Shown: positions 61,831-64,000 of the stretch, piece by piece
Layout: every line of letters starts with the position of its first letter
How positions within the stretch are numbered: position 1 is the first letter of the stretch
Translations under genes and position numbers: made by a program
Notes under the pieces: model-generated
What the model saw: the letters and a program-made list of their open reading frames with translations, nothing else
Databases searched by the model: none
Told to the model about the DNA's origin: nothing
DNA from: Felis catus
Taxonomy: Eukaryota
Assembly: GCF_018350175.1 (NCBI RefSeq)
Contig: NC_058373.1
Coordinates: 106,208,001-106,272,000, forward strand
Length of the DNA: 64,000 bases
Direction: 5' to 3'

Positions 61831-62964
61831 ATAGGCTAAATCATTAACGTTTGGTGGTACAGGTCATCAGTAATCAGGAAAATATTGAAGTCATTTCAAC
61901 CCTTCTAAAAAAGCATCTATAATTTTCATAGCCTTCTACACTGCAATGGTAAGTGTATACTCAGGGTCACAAATTGGATACCATTTATATACAACATTTA
62001 GTTTCCAACTTCCTGTGTGCTGAAAACTAGCTGAATGGTGAAGAAAGACCATACTCGGTTAGAAATGTAGGCACAGGATTTGCCTTTATTATGCAAACAC
62101 ATCATGCTGGACATCAATAATAATAATGAATAAGGTTTAAACTATCAATGCTTCCTGTGGACTTGTGGAGCATTTATGTTCTCTCAACTGTCCACACACA
62201 GAATTTTAACTCCTGTTTGAGTGATTTGTTTTTCCTCAATATTTGGACCTCAAAACATGTAACAAGCTTGGAAATTAAAGACTTTATGGGGGAAAAATAA
62301 AGTTTATTGATTAATAGGAAGATGAGTTTGTGCAAATTATTTTAGTTCATTGTATAATTTATTCTTAAAGAATCTTATGGACTATTATAAAACAACACTG
62401 TTTGACTCTTCAAATCTACCAACCAAGATTTAGGTGCCTTTTCTCACTTCCATAAATTGAGTAAATGAACTAAAGGAGAAAACAGAAAGAACGTAAGAAT
62501 TTTCTTTTAATTTGCTTGGTAGTAAAGAAAAACGGTATAGTTTTATTAGTAACAAAGGGGGTAACTGAAATCTTCAATCACCAAATTTACCAAATGCACT
62601 TTTCCTCACAGAGATTCCATATGAATGAAAACTCTTGAAAAGCTGGGATAAAAAAAAAAATGATGAGCCATTAAAAGTAGAAGATCAATGAATCCCCATT
62701 TCATTCTTGAATGTATATTTAAAACAAATTAGCTAACATGAAGACTACTTATCAATAAAACTTCATCAGTATAGCAAGTTTTTAAATCATAACTCCTAGA
62801 AATAACTGAAGACCTGATCTGTATCTTCCTCTATGATTATTTGCCTAGTTTTTCTTCAAAATATGCATGAACTAAAACTATTGAATCACTTTCAAAGAAA
62901 AAGATTTTTTTATTCTGAGTTTTAGTTGTAGTATGACTTGAGCTTTCATACTTCTTTTTAAAAA

Positions 62965-63066
62965 ATTATTTATTTTTAAGTAAACTCTTTGCCCAACATG
63001 GACTCAAACTCACAACCCCAAGATCAAGAGTCACAGGCTCCACTGACTGAACCAGCCAGGCACCCC
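62965..63066 (-). mobile_element. Short Can-SINE
   Basis: caagatcaagagtcacaggctccactgactgaaccagccaggcacccc. Confidence 0.82.
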
Positions 63067-64000
63067 AAGATTTTATATTTTTAAATCTGGTACTGAGTGC
63101 AAAGATTATTGCCTATTTTATGGCCTGACGATGGTAGAATAGCACTGTACTGTTGGCAACCGCTGTTTTAGAAAACATATAAATCACAAAACATTTAATC
63201 CTACATAGAAATAAGCTATATTATAATGAGATTACACATGGGAAGTTACTTGCCTTTTGGGGAACCTACTAAGTCCAAAATTTGTCTTTTAAACTGCCAG
63301 CAGAATCTAGGGGAAGGCCTGGAAGCCATATTTGTACTACAAGACCCCACTCTTCCTGGTCAGAGCTGAGCCAAACACTTTCTGATGGCAAAAAAAAAAA
63401 AAAAAAATCTGGGAATTCTCCTGGGAGAAGTCTGTGGGCCAATCTCTAAAGATAGATGGACCTGTGACAGGTAACCTTTGAGGGTTTGGAATGGCCATGT
63501 TTAGCCATGGGCTCCCCAAGGAGAGAACATAGTATGTAGATAGAGAATGAAACATGGTTCCCAAAAGGAAGCAGAGACTGTTCCTTGGGATGGACAGATT
63601 TCCTTAAGTTTATGGTTCTAGTTCCATGGGTTTTGCCCTGAAATATCCTTGTATTTTTTTCAATAAGTTCTGTAAGTCCCCCTTGACTAAGAACCACAAC
63701 TATCATAGCAAGGGTAGGTGAACCTACAGGAGGTTCCACTAATGCCTTCCCCTGGGGGCATATTTGTTTGTAGGGAATCAGGAACTAAAGTGGGGACAAT
63801 TCATACAGGATTGTATCCTCCTCAATTTTTTTCTCTTGATCATGTGGAAGACTGGTTAATTTCCAAACGAAGAGGTGGTTTTATAAAGCTGACAATTGCA
63901 AATTTTAGTAAATTAAGAGAATATAGTTCTCAATCTAATATTAAAAAATTTTTTTAATGAAAAAATATAACATCTAGAAACGTTTTAGTAAAAATAAAGC

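Overview
Mammalian genomic DNA, almost certainly felid: there are about 33 tRNA-derived Can-SINEs, including young copies of the feline SINEC_Fc type, plus carnivore LINE-1s. Two genes converge tail-to-tail. On the + strand is the last coding exon of JKAMP (8239-8457). On the - strand are the last 13 coding exons of a coiled-coil gene recognised as CCDC175 (60444 to 9491). I assembled these by hand: every junction is GT-AG and phase-consistent, giving one open frame of 1438 nt (about 478 aa) to a TAA stop; the 5' exons lie beyond the window. The rest is intronic and dominated by repeats: three near-full-length decayed L1s, young 5'-truncated L1 tails, old L1M/L2, ERVL/MaLR LTRs and two Tc1/mariner-superfamily MITEs. 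I see no prokaryote-like system, CRISPR array or novel protein family. The best candidates for a second look are: a young L1 tail in frame with a CCDC175 exon and carrying its own poly(A) signal; a cryptic L1-derived cassette exon just before the last JKAMP exon; a TA-flanked Tigger/pogo-like MITE inserted beside an L1 RT FADD motif; bases serving as a possible JKAMP poly(A) signal on one strand and the CCDC175 splice-acceptor tract on the other; and several templated-insertion repair scars. Gene and repeat-family names come from recalled sequences, not database searches, and old-repeat boundaries are approximate.
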